64,000 bases of DNA from Candidatus Marinacidobacterales bacterium (GCA_965219415.1 OZ244742.1:96001-160000), one strand, 5' to 3'. Numbered from the stretch's first letter, positions 28,464 through 39,494 are shown. Notes: generated by a model not told the origin, from the sequence alone. Made by a program: numbers and translations.

Positions 28464-30575
28464 ATGCGACTTCTGATAATCGCCGTGCTAGTCTTGCTCT
28501 TGGTGCAAGCGAACGACAAATCCACACCGCCCAAGGCCAAGGTAGTTCCCCACCAGCTCGAAAAGCACGGGGACATCAGAACCGACAACTACTACTGGCT
28601 GAAGGAACGCGAAGATCCAGAAGTCATCGCCTACTTGACCGCCGAGAACGCCTATCTCGACGGCGTCATGAAGCACACCGAAGGGTTGCAGGCTGCGCTA
28701 TTCGAAGAGATCAAAGGGCGGATCAAGAAGGACGACGCGTCGGCCCCCTTCCCGTACGATGGCTACTACTACTACCACCGCTATCAAGGAGACGCGGAAT
28801 ACGCCATTTACAGCCGCAAGGAAGGCTCGCTGGACGCGCCAGAACAGATCTTGGTCGACGGCAACGAGCTCGCTGAGGGACACGACTTCTTCTCGCTCGG
28901 CACCCTGTCAGTGAGCTCGGGACGGGACATTCTCGCCTTTAGCATCGATACCGTGGGGCGGCGGTTTTATACACTGCGCTTCAAGCAACTCACCAACGGC
29001 GAGATGTACGACGACGTCCTCGCGGACGTCACCGGCAACGTGGCCTGGGCCAACGACAACAAGACAATCTTCTATACCAAGCAGGACCCCGAGACACTGA
29101 GAGCTTATCGAATCTATCGGCACGTCCTTGGCACCGACCCAGCCAAGGACGTCTTGGTGTACGAAGAGCCCGACGAGGAATTCAGCTGCTTTATCTCGAA
29201 GAGCAAGTCGCGGAAGTACCTCTTGATCGGCACCTCCCAGACACTCAGCACGGAGTATCGTTACCTAGATGCCGCGAACCCCATCGGCGAGTTCAAGGTC
29301 ATCCTGCCGAGAGAACCGAAACACGAGTATTCCGTCGAGCACCTGGCAGACAAGTTCTACATCCGAACCAACTGGCAAGCACCTAATTTCCGGCTCATGG
29401 AAACACCTATTGCCAACACCGAGAAAGAAAGTTGGCGCGAAGTCATTCCCCACCGCAGCGACATATTCTTGCGGGACTACGATCTCTTCCGGGACTTCCT
29501 CGTCGTGACCGACCGAGAGGACGGACTCAATCGAATGCGCATCATTCCTTGGGCCAGCTCCGGGGGCGGTAGTGACGAGCACTATTTGGATTTCGGAGAG
29601 CCGGCCTACTTCGCCTACACCGCCACAAACCGAGAGCTCGAGACACCGATCCTGCGCTACGGCTATTCGTCGATGACCACGCCTTGGTCGACGTACGAGT
29701 ACGACATGGTGACGAAGGAGAAGACCTTGCTCAAGCAGGATGAAGTTGTTGGAGACTTCGATCCCGCCGACTATCGCACCGAACGTCTCCACGCGGTGGC
29801 GAGAGACGGCCAAAAGGTACCCATCTCCATCGTATTCCCCAAGGGGATGAAGAAAGACGGGAGTGCGCCGCTACTTCTCTACGCCTACGGCTCCTATGGC
29901 TTGTCCATGGACGCGACCTTTAGCTCGGCTCGGTTGAGCCTTCTAGAGCGCGGCTTCGGCTACGCCATCGCCCACATTCGCGGCGGCCAGGAGCTCGGCC
30001 GTCGTTGGTACGAAGACGGCAAGCTTCTCGAGAAGAGAAACACGTTCACCGACTTCATCGACTGTGGCGAGTACTTGGTCGAGGAGGGTTACACGAGTAA
30101 GGACCGGCTCTTCGCCATGGGCGGAAGCGCTGGAGGCCTATTGATGGGCGCGGTCGTGAACATGGCACCGGATCTTTTCGAAGGCGTGGTCGCGGATGTG
30201 CCTTTCGTGGACGTGGTGACAACGATGCTCGACCCCGACATTCCGCTCACCACCGGCGAGTATGACGAGTGGGGCGACCCCAATGAGAAAGAGTACTACG
30301 ACTACTTGCTCTCCTACTCACCCTACGATCACGTGGAAGCCAAGAAATACCCGCACATGCTGGTTACGGCCGGGCTTCACGACTCCCAGGTGCAGTACTG
30401 GGAGCCGGCCAAGTGGGTGGCAAAGCTGCGAGCCCTGAAGGCGGATGACAACGTTCTAATATTGAAGACGAATATGGCCGCCGGTCACGGCGGCCCGTCG
30501 GGGCGATTCAAGCGCCACCAAGAAACCGCGCTCGCCTACGCGTTTCTGCTGGATCTGGTTGGGATCGGAGAGTAA
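28464..30575 (+). CDS. ptrB: oligopeptidase B (peptidase S9A)
   Basis: DNYYWL, GGSAGG nucleophile motif, DSQVQYWEPAKW, AGHGG. Confidence 0.93.
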   Translation: MRLLIIAVLVLLLVQANDKSTPPKAKVVPHQLEKHGDIRTDNYYWLKEREDPEVIAYLTAENAYLDGVMKHTEGLQAALFEEIKGRIKKDDASAPFPYDGYYYYHRYQGDAEYAIYSRKEGSLDAPEQILVDGNELAEGHDFFSLGTLSVSSGRDILAFSIDTVGRRFYTLRFKQLTNGEMYDDVLADVTGNVAWANDNKTIFYTKQDPETLRAYRIYRHVLGTDPAKDVLVYEEPDEEFSCFISKSKSRKYLLIGTSQTLSTEYRYLDAANPIGEFKVILPREPKHEYSVEHLADKFYIRTNWQAPNFRLMETPIANTEKESWREVIPHRSDIFLRDYDLFRDFLVVTDREDGLNRMRIIPWASSGGGSDEHYLDFGEPAYFAYTATNRELETPILRYGYSSMTTPWSTYEYDMVTKEKTLLKQDEVVGDFDPADYRTERLHAVARDGQKVPISIVFPKGMKKDGSAPLLLYAYGSYGLSMDATFSSARLSLLERGFGYAIAHIRGGQELGRRWYEDGKLLEKRNTFTDFIDCGEYLVEEGYTSKDRLFAMGGSAGGLLMGAVVNMAPDLFEGVVADVPFVDVVTTMLDPDIPLTTGEYDEWGDPNEKEYYDYLLSYSPYDHVEAKKYPHMLVTAGLHDSQVQYWEPAKWVAKLRALKADDNVLILKTNMAAGHGGPSGRFKRHQETALAYAFLLDLVGIGE

Positions 30576-30593
30576 AGAACGTTTCCGACTCCG

Positions 30594-33304
30594 CTAGGGA
30601 CTGGGAGATTCTTGGCGCGCGTTGGCGAAGTCTCCCGCCTGGATGATCGACATCTTGTCCAGATCAATGTGACGCCGCATCGCCTCCAAGATCTCCTCGG
30701 CCGCCAAGGCCTGGACTCGGGCCTCGAGATCGGCCTCCCACTCGAGCGTACGCCCCCGGTGCTGCAGTCCCGTTAAACGGCCCGCCAGTTCATCTTCTTT
30801 CGCTCTCGAGATCTGCCTGGCCTCGAGCCAACCCTTCTTGGCGGACCGGAGCTCTTCTTCGGTGAAGCCGCTCTCCAGGATCTTGGCGATCTCCTCTTTG
30901 AACGCGGCTTCGACGCGGGATGCGTTTTGCGGCGCACAGATCGCATAGGCGCCGAACCCTGCGTCTTTTTCCCAAGCGCTGGCGAAAAGAAGGATCCCAC
31001 CCCGTAGCTCAGGCCATCCACGTTACGGATTCGATTCCCGAGACGGGAACTGAGGAAGCCGCCGCCGGTCATGAAGTTTCCTAGCACCAACGCCGGGTAG
31101 TCCGGATCGTCATCCCGCAGGGCGATGGGATGGCCGGCCACGAAGGCCGCACTTTCCTTGTCGGGCGTCTCGAATTTTCGCACGAGGGGAGCCGTCTCTC
31201 GATAGGGAGGGCCGAGTCGCTCATAGAGCTTGGGGCTTTCCCAGTTCCCGAAAAGCCCGGCCACTTGCGCCTCGAGCTCCTTTTGATCGAAGTCGCCGAC
31301 CGCAGTGAGCTCCGCGACCGAGGCCCCGGAGAGGTCGGCATGGAACCGACGGATTTCATCGAGAGAGGTCTCTCGGGTGCGCTCGATGGCCTCCTCCGGT
31401 GTTTCCACGTAGCGGGGATCATCTTCGGGCCATTCATTGACATGTCGGTCGAAGGCAGTAGAGGCGATTTGAAAAGGATCTCGCTTGGCGTCCTCGAGCC
31501 CGGCCAACTCCTCTTCTTTCAATAGCTCTAGCTCGGAAGCGGGAAACGACGGCTCCCACAGCACCTCGGCCAGGAGTCGGAGGGCGGCGGAAAGCCCCTC
31601 GCGCGGAACCTCGAGGCTCGCTCGGACACCGCTGGCGCCGCCGCCGACGCTAAGCTGGGCCTTCAGGCGATCGAGCTCATCTTGGATCTCCTGCCGACTC
31701 TCGTTCGCCGTTCCCCTTATCAACATCGCCGCCGTCAGTTCACAAATACGCGAGCGCCCGCGCAGACTCTCCAGATCACCGAAATGGAGCGAAAGCGACA
31801 ACTGGACGATGTCGCCTCGCGTCTTCTTGGGAACCATCACCAGATGCAGGCAGAAGGAAGCTCGGCCCGTTTGATCTGGGCTTCGATGGCTAGGGAGATA
31901 CGGCGAGCGCTTCCCCACCCTCGTAGTCCTTGACCAGTTCGGTCGCATCGGGAGCTTCCGGAATCGCCGCACGCATCGGGTCCTCGGTTGGAATGTACAG
32001 CCCGAGCGTACGATTGATCGGTATGAGATAGGTGGCCGCGACGCGTTGCACGTCCTCCGGCGTGACCTCCCCGATCCAGTCTCGCTGAAGGAATAGCATC
32101 CGCCAATCACCCAAGGCCGCCCACTCGGGAGAGCTGGATGGCGGCCTCCTCGGAGTTTCGCATCGTGGCTTCCCAGTTTTTTAGACGACTCGCCTGCGCC
32201 CGTTGAACCTCTTGCTCAGTCGGGGGCGTCTCGGCAAGTAGCTCGATCTCGTCTACTAGGGTGGCGCGCGCATCGTCGATGGACTTCTCCTTTCGGACTT
32301 CGGCGAAAAACATGAGCATCCCAGGCTCGGCGAGCTGCTCGGCGAACTCGCCAACGCTGGCTGCCTTCTTCGTTTCCACCAAAGCCTTGTGAAGCCGCCC
32401 CGACGGCGTATCGCCAAGGATGAAAGACGTCAAGTCCAGCGCGGCGAAGTCGGGATGCGTTCCGGCCGGGATGTGATACGCGGCAGCCACCATTTGTACG
32501 TCTCTCACTCGGCGCAGGGTCACCGAGCGCTCGCCGTCTTGTGGCGGCTCGACCGTATAGAGTCGCCGCAGCTCCCGTTCTGGCTTAGGGATGCGACCGA
32601 ATTTCTCTTCGATGAGCTCGAGCACTTTTCCCTCATCGAAATTGCCGGCAACTACCAAGATGGCATTGTCGGGTTGATACCACTTTCGGTAGAAGGCCTG
32701 CAGACGATCGATGGGGACGTTCTCAATATCGGAGCGCGCACCGATGGTGGACTTCCCGTAGTTGTGCCATAGGTAGGCGGTCGCGAAAACGCGCTCCATC
32801 AAGACGCTCTGGGGGTAGTTCTCACCCATCTCGAACTCGTTGCGCACCACCGTCGTCTCCGAGTCGAGGTCCTTCTGAGCGATGAAGCTGTTGACCATAC
32901 GATCGGACTCCAGATCGAGCGCCCACGCCAGGTTCTCATCGGCGGCCCGGAAGGTCTCGTAATAGTTGGTCCGTTCGTACCAAGTCGTGCCGTTGGCCCG
33001 CGCGCCGTGCTCGGTCAGCTCCTTGTCGATGTCCGGATGCTTGGAGCTACCTTTGAAGACGAGGTGCTCCAGCAGATGAGCCATCACTGTCTCGCCGTAG
33101 TTCTCGTGCTTCGAACCGACGAGGTAGGTCACGTTTACAGTGATGATTTGTTGAGATGGATCGGGGAATACGGAGAACTCGGAGTCCGTTATCCAGCACG
33201 TACTCCGTGATGCCTTCGACCGAGGTACCCTTCTCGATGCCCTCTGGCGCCCCCACACCCAGCAGGGCAAGCGCGATAACTGCGAGGACCATTCGCGTGC
33301 TCAT
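30594..33304 (-). pseudogene. M16 zinc protease (PqqL-like), several frameshifts and small deletions
   Basis: Signal peptide, EYVLDNGL, HLLEH, NGTTWYERTNYYE and IRNVDGLSYGVGS are spread over at least five reading-frame fragments. Confidence 0.85.
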
Positions 33305-33346
33305 CTTTGTTCCTCCTGGTCCTGGAAGATAACACGAACCCGGCCG

Positions 33347-33787
33347 CTAGCTCAGCAAGCCGAGTCGCATGGCCACCGCGGTTTCCGGGCAAGCACCTTG
33401 CAGCTCTTTGGAAGCCTTGAGCGCAGGGTCGAGCTCTTCGCGAGGCATCCTCTCGAAACCGAAACGAGGGAAGAAGGCCTCCGCCGTTTCGGTCAGCAGA
33501 TAGATCGTAGTGACGCCGCTCTCCTTCGCGCGGTCGAGTAGTTCCTTTACCAACCTTCCGCCCAACCCCCGGTCCCGCCCGCTCGCCGCCACCGCCAGGG
33601 AGCGGAGGAGCCCTGCATGACCATAACATTCGAGCCCGATGGTTCCGATCAGTGTTTCATTCTCTCGGGCAACCAGAAAACCCTCTACGTTCTCCTCGAC
33701 GCCGTCGACGGGAAGCTCGCAAGTCGTTAGCAGAGCGAGCATAGCCGTGAGCTCGGTCCGCTCCGCCTCCCGAATCAAAGTGCTCAC
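33347..33787 (-). CDS. arsN2: arsenic-resistance GNAT N-acetyltransferase, ArsN2 type
   Basis: LLRSLAV...RDRGLG, YLLTETAEAFF.RFGF, ACPETAVAM. Its GTG overlaps the arsM stop. Confidence 0.75.
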   Translation of the reverse strand: MSTLIREAERTELTAMLALLTTCELPVDGVEENVEGFLVARENETLIGTIGLECYGHAGLLRSLAVAASGRDRGLGGRLVKELLDRAKESGVTTIYLLTETAEAFFPRFGFERMPREELDPALKASKELQGACPETAVAMRLGLLS

Positions 33788-34688
33788 GCTGCCGCTTGCT
33801 CTTTGGTGGGTTTCACCGCCGAGACCTGAATGCTGGCCACTCTTCCCAACAGACGATTGGCGAGCGGTCTCAGAACGAAGGAACGTGGGCTCGCTGCACG
33901 GCGCAAGAAAGCTCCGACCCACCCGTGCTCGCCGAAAAGCGCAGAGAGCTGCTCGGTGTCGTAGACGTGCCTAGCGACGACTTCGACACCGGTGAAGCCG
34001 GCCTTCTTGATGGCGTCCAAGTAATCCTTTTCCGGTAGGGCGCCGCTCAAGCAAGAAGCATAGAGCGCCGGGGTTCGAAAGGGACGCGGAATGCGGGCCA
34101 CGATATCGCTGACCGAAACTCGTCCCCCGGGTCTCAGCACGCGATAGGCCTCGCGAAAGACCTTCTCCTTGTCGGGTGCGAGATTGATGACACAGTTCGA
34201 AACGATCCAGTCCGCGTCGTCGTCGTCGATGGGCATGGTCTCCGCATCTCCTTTTAAGCGGAACTCGACGTTGTCCGCCCGCGCTTTGCGGGCGTTGGCG
34301 CGGGCCCTTTCGATCATGACCGGCGTCATATCGAGACCGATGACACGACCTTCTGAGCCCACTCGCTCCGCCGCGAGAAGACAGTCGATCCCCGCCCCGG
34401 AGCCGATATCCACGACGGTCTGCCCTTCTTGGACGCCCACGAAGGCAACGGGGTTCCCACAACCGAACGAGCTCTGGACGGCATCCTCCGGCAAGCTCGC
34501 AAGCTCATCCTTTTTGTACCCGGACAGCTCGACCAATTCGGTTCCGCCGCCGCAACAGCCACTCTTCGTCGAAGCCGGTTCCTGCTTCACCTCGCTCGAT
34601 GCCGGGCTGCAACATCCGGGCCCCGTCCCTCGACGGCCCGTGTGTAATGCTCTCTTACCCGTTCCTTGATCTTGACCGCATCCGTCAT
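33784..34688 (-). pseudogene. arsM: arsenite S-adenosylmethionine methyltransferase with a 5' frameshift
   Basis: IKERVREHY start (SD AAGGAG) is out of frame by 1 nt near 34620 with GCC, SFGCGNP, VDIGSGAGID, SNCVINL, CLSGAL. Confidence 0.82.
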
Positions 34689-34701
34689 TCTCTTCTCCTT
34701 T

Positions 34702-34720
34702 TATTTGTATACTGCAAATA
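34702..34720. promoter_or_regulatory. putative MarR operator upstream of arsM
   Basis: Palindrome TATTTG-N7-CAAATA; a similar site lies at 35220-35238. Confidence 0.55.
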
Positions 34721-34739
34721 TCATCCCAAAAAAGGGGGT

Positions 34740-35228
34740 TCAAACACAGCACTCCCCGCTCCCCGGACTCACTTTCCGGACGAGAGTGCAGATGGCCCGA
34801 ACGACTTCCTCCCGGACATTTTCCGGCATCGAGAGAAGAATCTGCTCTTGGGTGGCCAGGAGATCGTCGGTGATCTTTTCGTGGGTCCTCTGGCCCGCCT
34901 CGGTGAGCTCGACGCGCACGATGCGACGATCGTCGCTGTCCTTTTGCCGCCGCACAAGCTTCTTCTTCACCAGGCCATCGACGAGCCTCGTCACCGTGCT
35001 GATCTGGAGGCGTAGGTGGCTCGCCAGCTCCTGCATGGAAAGCGGGCCTCGGGTGGCCAGCGCGTCTAGCAAATAACACTGAGACACGGTGATGCCGTAG
35101 CAGCAGATCTCGTTCTTGTTCCGAAACTGGTATTGGCGTACGAACTCGGTAAGGGCGCGGTGAAGCGTCATCGCCGAGCGCTTGAGCTCGAGGGTGGCCT
35201 CCCGGATGGCCGCGTCCGTTACTTGCAT
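34740..35228 (-). CDS. Cys-rich MarR-family regulator of the ars operon
   Basis: ICCYGITVSQC, wHTH STVTRLVDGL, DRRIVRVELT, C-terminal ECCV. Confidence 0.88.
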   Translation of the reverse strand: MQVTDAAIREATLELKRSAMTLHRALTEFVRQYQFRNKNEICCYGITVSQCYLLDALATRGPLSMQELASHLRLQISTVTRLVDGLVKKKLVRRQKDSDDRRIVRVELTEAGQRTHEKITDDLLATQEQILLSMPENVREEVVRAICTLVRKVSPGSGECCV

Positions 35229-35263
35229 GACACAAATATATGCTCAGAGGTTCGTCTTGTCAA
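35220..35263 (-). promoter_or_regulatory. sigma70 promoter and overlapping operator for leaderless marR
   Basis: TTGACA-17 nt-TATATT-6 nt-ATG on the - strand; operator TACTTGCATGACACAAATA spans the start codon. Confidence 0.7.
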
Positions 35264-35277
35264 GCCAAAAAACGGAG

Positions 35278-36573
35278 CTAGAAACGCCAGCCGCGGAACT
35301 GCAGCCCAGAGAGTTTCCCCTGGAGCCCTCTTCCCAGCCCCAGAACGAGTGGAAAAGCTAGGTAGATGAAGACTAGCAGCCCGTAGCCGAGTAGCACCAT
35401 TTCCTTTCCTTCCGGTCGGTCCGCCACCACGAAGGGCCGCCAGAGGACGCTAAACTCGGGTACGTACCAGCAAAGGAACTCGTACTCCGCCGCACGGCAA
35501 TCCTCAAGATGGTCGAGACCGTAAACGGCCCCACTCGCTCCCACCAAGAAGGAAACCGCGAGGAGTCCCAAAAGTAGGAGGTTCCTCCCCACGGCTGGCT
35601 TCGGCCGAAACAAGCTCACCGCAAGCACGAAAGACGCGGGAATCGATGCAAAGAGGAGAAACCTCGGCCCCCACACCCAGCCCCCGTACCAAGCCCACCA
35701 TCTCGAGTAAACGAGCACCAAGCCAACGAGGAACCAAATCCATAGATGGTAGCTACGTCTGAGCCCTTCTTCTAGAGTGCGCATGGCGGCGGTAAAGGAG
35801 AGCAATAGCCCCGGTGCAAAGAACACCAGACCCTTGCCGAAAGAAAAAAGGAGTGACAGGACGCCAAAAAAGATCGGGTAACTGAATCCCGGCTGCCCCG
35901 AGTACGTCAGTATGGTTTCCGCCCCTGCGTTTCCTTCGTACCCTGTGAGCCACGGTGAGCCGCGCCTTACCCAAGACTCGAAGAGGACCAGTCCGGCTGC
36001 CGCGACCGGCACGAGAAGATACCGAAAGCGTTTTTTGTGGAGTGCCTCCGACCCCGTTACACCTCCCAATCCCACCATCGATGCCGGCGTGTTGACGGCA
36101 CCGATGATCATCGCGCTCCATCCCCATCCGGCCCATCGAGGATGACCAACTTGCGTTGCGAGAACGGCAGCGCCTACCACCATCGTCGTAAACACTTCGC
36201 CGTAGAAATCCTTTAGATGGTTCGGGAACATGGATCCGATCAAGAGAATTAGCAGAAATGTGCGGACGACACTTGGATCGAGCTTGTCTTTGAGGAGGCG
36301 GTAGAAAACGAACAGTCCTCCGGCAAAAACGAAGAAATTGAACCTCGCAATCCACCACTCAGCCGACTGGTACAGCTTGCCCAGCGGCCATAGAACGAGG
36401 GCAAACAGAGGACCCACCATGGAGTATCCGGTGGAAACAATCTTGTCGGCGTTCATCAAGCGCCGGAGCGACCGGAAACGAACGTATCCATCGCCGGAAA
36501 CATCATGGGGCAAGCAGAAGAAGAGAAGAACCAGACCCGTCAGGATGAGAGCTAACTCAATTCTTCTGGACAT
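35278..36573 (-). CDS. polytopic membrane protein, GT-C-like
   Basis: About 10 TM segments; SGDGYVR, LFSFGKGLVFFAP and WYGGWVWGPRFL resemble motifs in 6796-8715. Confidence 0.65.
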   Translation of the reverse strand: MSRRIELALILTGLVLLFFCLPHDVSGDGYVRFRSLRRLMNADKIVSTGYSMVGPLFALVLWPLGKLYQSAEWWIARFNFFVFAGGLFVFYRLLKDKLDPSVVRTFLLILLIGSMFPNHLKDFYGEVFTTMVVGAAVLATQVGHPRWAGWGWSAMIIGAVNTPASMVGLGGVTGSEALHKKRFRYLLVPVAAAGLVLFESWVRRGSPWLTGYEGNAGAETILTYSGQPGFSYPIFFGVLSLLFSFGKGLVFFAPGLLLSFTAAMRTLEEGLRRSYHLWIWFLVGLVLVYSRWWAWYGGWVWGPRFLLFASIPASFVLAVSLFRPKPAVGRNLLLLGLLAVSFLVGASGAVYGLDHLEDCRAAEYEFLCWYVPEFSVLWRPFVVADRPEGKEMVLLGYGLLVFIYLAFPLVLGLGRGLQGKLSGLQFRGWRF

Positions 36574-36667
36574 GGAGCTTCTCGTCTTGCGCCAAATAGA
36601 CCTCTCCCATCTCGCCCTCGCCGATCTTCTCGAGGACTTTGCAACAAGAGACTGTCTTTCCGATCAA
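36557..36667 (-). pseudogene. N-terminal remnant of a Ser/Thr kinase
   Basis: Reads LIGKTVSCCKVLEKIGEGEMGEVYLAQDEKL, i.e. kinase subdomain I only. Confidence 0.65.
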
Positions 36668-36815
36668 GTTCCCTTCCTGGCGTCACCGGCCTAGTTGCCA
36701 CTATCGAACTAGTCAGACGCCGGGAGAATAGTCGGTTTTGTATTGTCAATCTACTTCCACCCGGAGAATCCACGGCTTGGCTATGATAGGGGCGGGTTTT
36801 TGGAGGCCTAACCAA

Positions 36816-38573
36816 ATGAAGAAACTCTTTGTTGTAATGCTGGTGTTTATTGGACTTCTCACTATTCTCGGCGTCGCGGTAGGCCTCGGAGTTGGTTTCG
36901 TTCAGCGCATGGTCAAGGGCAGCGTTCCAGAAAGGACGATCCTCCAGGCGAACTTCGAGAGGCCGCTCATTGAGTACATCCCCGACGATCCGGTGGGGGC
37001 CCTCGTTAAGCAGGAGTCCCCCACCGTACTCGGCGTGGTCGAAACCCTCGACAAAGCCGCCGCCGACGACCGGGTCATGGCATTAGTGGCGCGCGTCGGG
37101 GCTTCGAGTCTTGGCTTGGCGCAGATTCAAGAGATCCGGGACGCCGTCCTACGCTTCCGTCAGAGCGGCAAGCCCGCCATCGCGTACGCGGAGACCTTCG
37201 GCGAGTTCAGACCGGGAAACGGAGTCTACTACCTGGCCACTGCATTCGATGAGATCTATATGCAGCCCTCCGGCGATCTCGGGCTCACTGGACTCATGGC
37301 CGAGAGCCCGTTCCTTCGAGGGCTGCTCGACAAACTCGGGCTCGTGCCTCGCGGGGACCACCGCTACGAGTACAAGAACGCCCTCAATGTTTTCACCGAA
37401 CGCGCGTACACCGATCCCCACCGCGAAGCCACCCAGGCATTGCTCGATTCCATGTTCGAGCAAATCGTGAACGGCATCGCCGAAGCGCGATCTCTCTCGC
37501 AAGATCAGGTGCGTGCCATCGTCGACCGAGGCCCATTGTTTGGGCAAGAAACCGTGGATGCCAAGCTCGTGGACGGCCTCGCTTACCGTGACGAGGTTCG
37601 TGAGCGGGTCAAGGAGAGTGCGGGCGAAGACGCCGAGTTTCTTGATCTGTCGAAGTACCTTGACCTTGCCGGCCGTTTGTACGGCGACGGTGAGTCCATC
37701 GCTCTCATATATGGCGTGGGAAGCGCCACGCGAGGGAAGAGCAAGTACGATCCCTTCTCCGAGTCCGTCAACATGGGCTCCGAAACCGTTGCACGGGGGA
37801 TACGCGATGCCATCGACGATGACGACGTCAAGGCAATCCTCTTCCGGGTAGATAGCCCCGGAGGATCGTACGTGGCATCCGACACCATCTGGCGGGAGAC
37901 CATCCGCGCCCGGGAAGCGGGAAAACCCGTCATCGTGAGCATGGGTGAGCTTGCGGCGTCGGGAGGCTATTTCGTGAGCATGGCCGCCGACAAGATCGTG
38001 GCTCAGCCGGGCACGATCACCGGTTCGATCGGCGTTCTTGCCGTGAAGTTGTTGACACCGGGGTTTTGGGAAAAGACCGGTATCTCTTGGGACGAAGTCC
38101 ATACTAGCGAGAACGCGAGCTACTGGTCCAGCCTGCAAGACTACACGCCCGAAGAATGGTCTCGGTTTCAGGCCTGGCTCGACCGCATCTACGAAGACTT
38201 CACCGCCAAGGTCGCGGATGGACGGAACATTCCGAAGGAGAGGGTTTTGGAGATCGCGAAGGGTCGTGTCTGGAGTGGAGAGGATGCCAAAGGGCTCGGT
38301 CTCGTCGACGAGCTAGGAGGATTCTCTGAGGCGATCGCACTCGCCCGTGAAGCAGCCGGCATCGACGCCGACGCCGCGATCCATCTGAAACGTTTTCCTC
38401 CGAGGAAGTCCCCTTGGGAACTTTTCTTGGAACAGAGATCAGGAAACCAGGAGACCAGAGCGATGATCGCCGTCGCGGCCCGCGCCGGTGAGTTGGTCGA
38501 GCCTTTGACGCGGCTCGGGCTCACGAAGGCGCGTGGCGTTTTAGAGATAGAGGAGCTGGAGCAAAACTGGTAG
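36816..38573 (+). CDS. sppA: signal peptide peptidase SppA, second paralog
   Basis: YEYKNA, VDSPGGS, AASGGY, TGSIG, GRVWSG. Confidence 0.9.
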   Translation: MKKLFVVMLVFIGLLTILGVAVGLGVGFVQRMVKGSVPERTILQANFERPLIEYIPDDPVGALVKQESPTVLGVVETLDKAAADDRVMALVARVGASSLGLAQIQEIRDAVLRFRQSGKPAIAYAETFGEFRPGNGVYYLATAFDEIYMQPSGDLGLTGLMAESPFLRGLLDKLGLVPRGDHRYEYKNALNVFTERAYTDPHREATQALLDSMFEQIVNGIAEARSLSQDQVRAIVDRGPLFGQETVDAKLVDGLAYRDEVRERVKESAGEDAEFLDLSKYLDLAGRLYGDGESIALIYGVGSATRGKSKYDPFSESVNMGSETVARGIRDAIDDDDVKAILFRVDSPGGSYVASDTIWRETIRAREAGKPVIVSMGELAASGGYFVSMAADKIVAQPGTITGSIGVLAVKLLTPGFWEKTGISWDEVHTSENASYWSSLQDYTPEEWSRFQAWLDRIYEDFTAKVADGRNIPKERVLEIAKGRVWSGEDAKGLGLVDELGGFSEAIALAREAAGIDADAAIHLKRFPPRKSPWELFLEQRSGNQETRAMIAVAARAGELVEPLTRLGLTKARGVLEIEELEQNW

Positions 38574-38578
38574 GGCTG

Positions 38579-39157
38579 CTAACCGTCTTGCTCGTAAGCA
38601 GCCTTCAACCACTTCTTGACCTCGGCATTGAAGTCGCCGACCTCGGTAAGGGCGATGCAGTGAGTGACGCGCCCGCCTCCAACGCGATCGGTCTGCTCGA
38701 GTCGCCCCTTCGCCTTGACCCCGGGAAGCACCAACCCCAGGTCCACCCGCGTGCGCGTGCTCGGCTGGATGGCCGCAAATTGACGTTTGCGCGTGAAGGT
38801 TACGTACGTCTTGCGAGGTGAAACGACGACGTCTCTTCCAAGTGCTTGAGCGGTTTTCACCGCGGCTTCGTATATTGGTTTGAGCTCCGTCTTCGCTCCC
38901 GAAAACATGGCCTCGACGAGCTCGTCTCCTGCCTCATAGGGCGCGGCAAGATCCTGTCCCTCCGCCTTGGCAACGATGACCGCTGCGGTGGGACCACCCA
39001 GACTGTGGTGCATCCGCAGCCAGGCAACGCGCTCCCTTGTGGTCTTGGGGCCTTTCGTTTTGACCATGCGGGCCCATTGCTCGAGAGTCTTGCCGGTTCG
39101 GTTGGGGAGGTTCCGGGCCAGTGCTTCCAACATTTCCCGCGGAGACGTAGGGGCCAT
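38579..39157 (-). CDS. DUF4287/DUF5655-type protein
   Basis: NLPNRTGKTLEQW, PRKTYV..RKRQFA, WLKAAY. Confidence 0.7.
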   Translation of the reverse strand: MAPTSPREMLEALARNLPNRTGKTLEQWARMVKTKGPKTTRERVAWLRMHHSLGGPTAAVIVAKAEGQDLAAPYEAGDELVEAMFSGAKTELKPIYEAAVKTAQALGRDVVVSPRKTYVTFTRKRQFAAIQPSTRTRVDLGLVLPGVKAKGRLEQTDRVGGGRVTHCIALTEVGDFNAEVKKWLKAAYEQDG

Positions 39158-39246
39158 GAGTCAGCTCCTTCCGGCGAAGCGTCGCCTGATTGACTATAGT
39201 CGAGGAAACCTGGAGACTCTACTACGAGGCGGAGAGATACCGAAGC

Positions 39247-39279
39247 CCCAGGTCAATCCCAGATCAATCCCAGCTCAAT
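39247..39279 (+). repeat. three tandem 11-bp direct repeats
   Basis: CCCAGGTCAAT CCCAGATCAAT CCCAGCTCAAT. Confidence 0.85.
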
Positions 39280-39296
39280 CATGGACACTTTCTAAG

Positions 39297-39494
39297 ATGG
39301 CCAAACGCAAGAAGAAACCCCGTTCGAAGAAACGTAAGAAACAGAGAAAAGTGTCTACGCGAAAGAGGACGGTGAAATCCGTCAAGGGGCTCTCCCGTCG
39401 CACCAAGGCGCCGCCGACAAGAGCCCACGGTCCAAGGCGCCCGCCTAAGAAAAGGTCCAAGACGAAAGAGCTCTTGGAAGAGGAAGGTTGGTAG
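39297..39494 (+). CDS. small Lys/Arg-rich basic protein
   Basis: 65 aa, about 45% K+R, with an acidic tail ELLEEEGW; no clear SD. Confidence 0.45.
   Translation: MAKRKKKPRSKKRKKQRKVSTRKRTVKSVKGLSRRTKAPPTRAHGPRRPPKKRSKTKELLEEEGW

Noticed and set aside
33784-35235. 483-aa MarR-ArsM fusion ORF
   Set aside because: Its 5' half is an off-frame read of marR; arsM has its own SD and ATG at 34688.
39247-39279. CRISPR array
   Set aside because: 11-bp contiguous repeats without spacers; no cas genes or repeat-spacer arrays were seen anywhere in the window.
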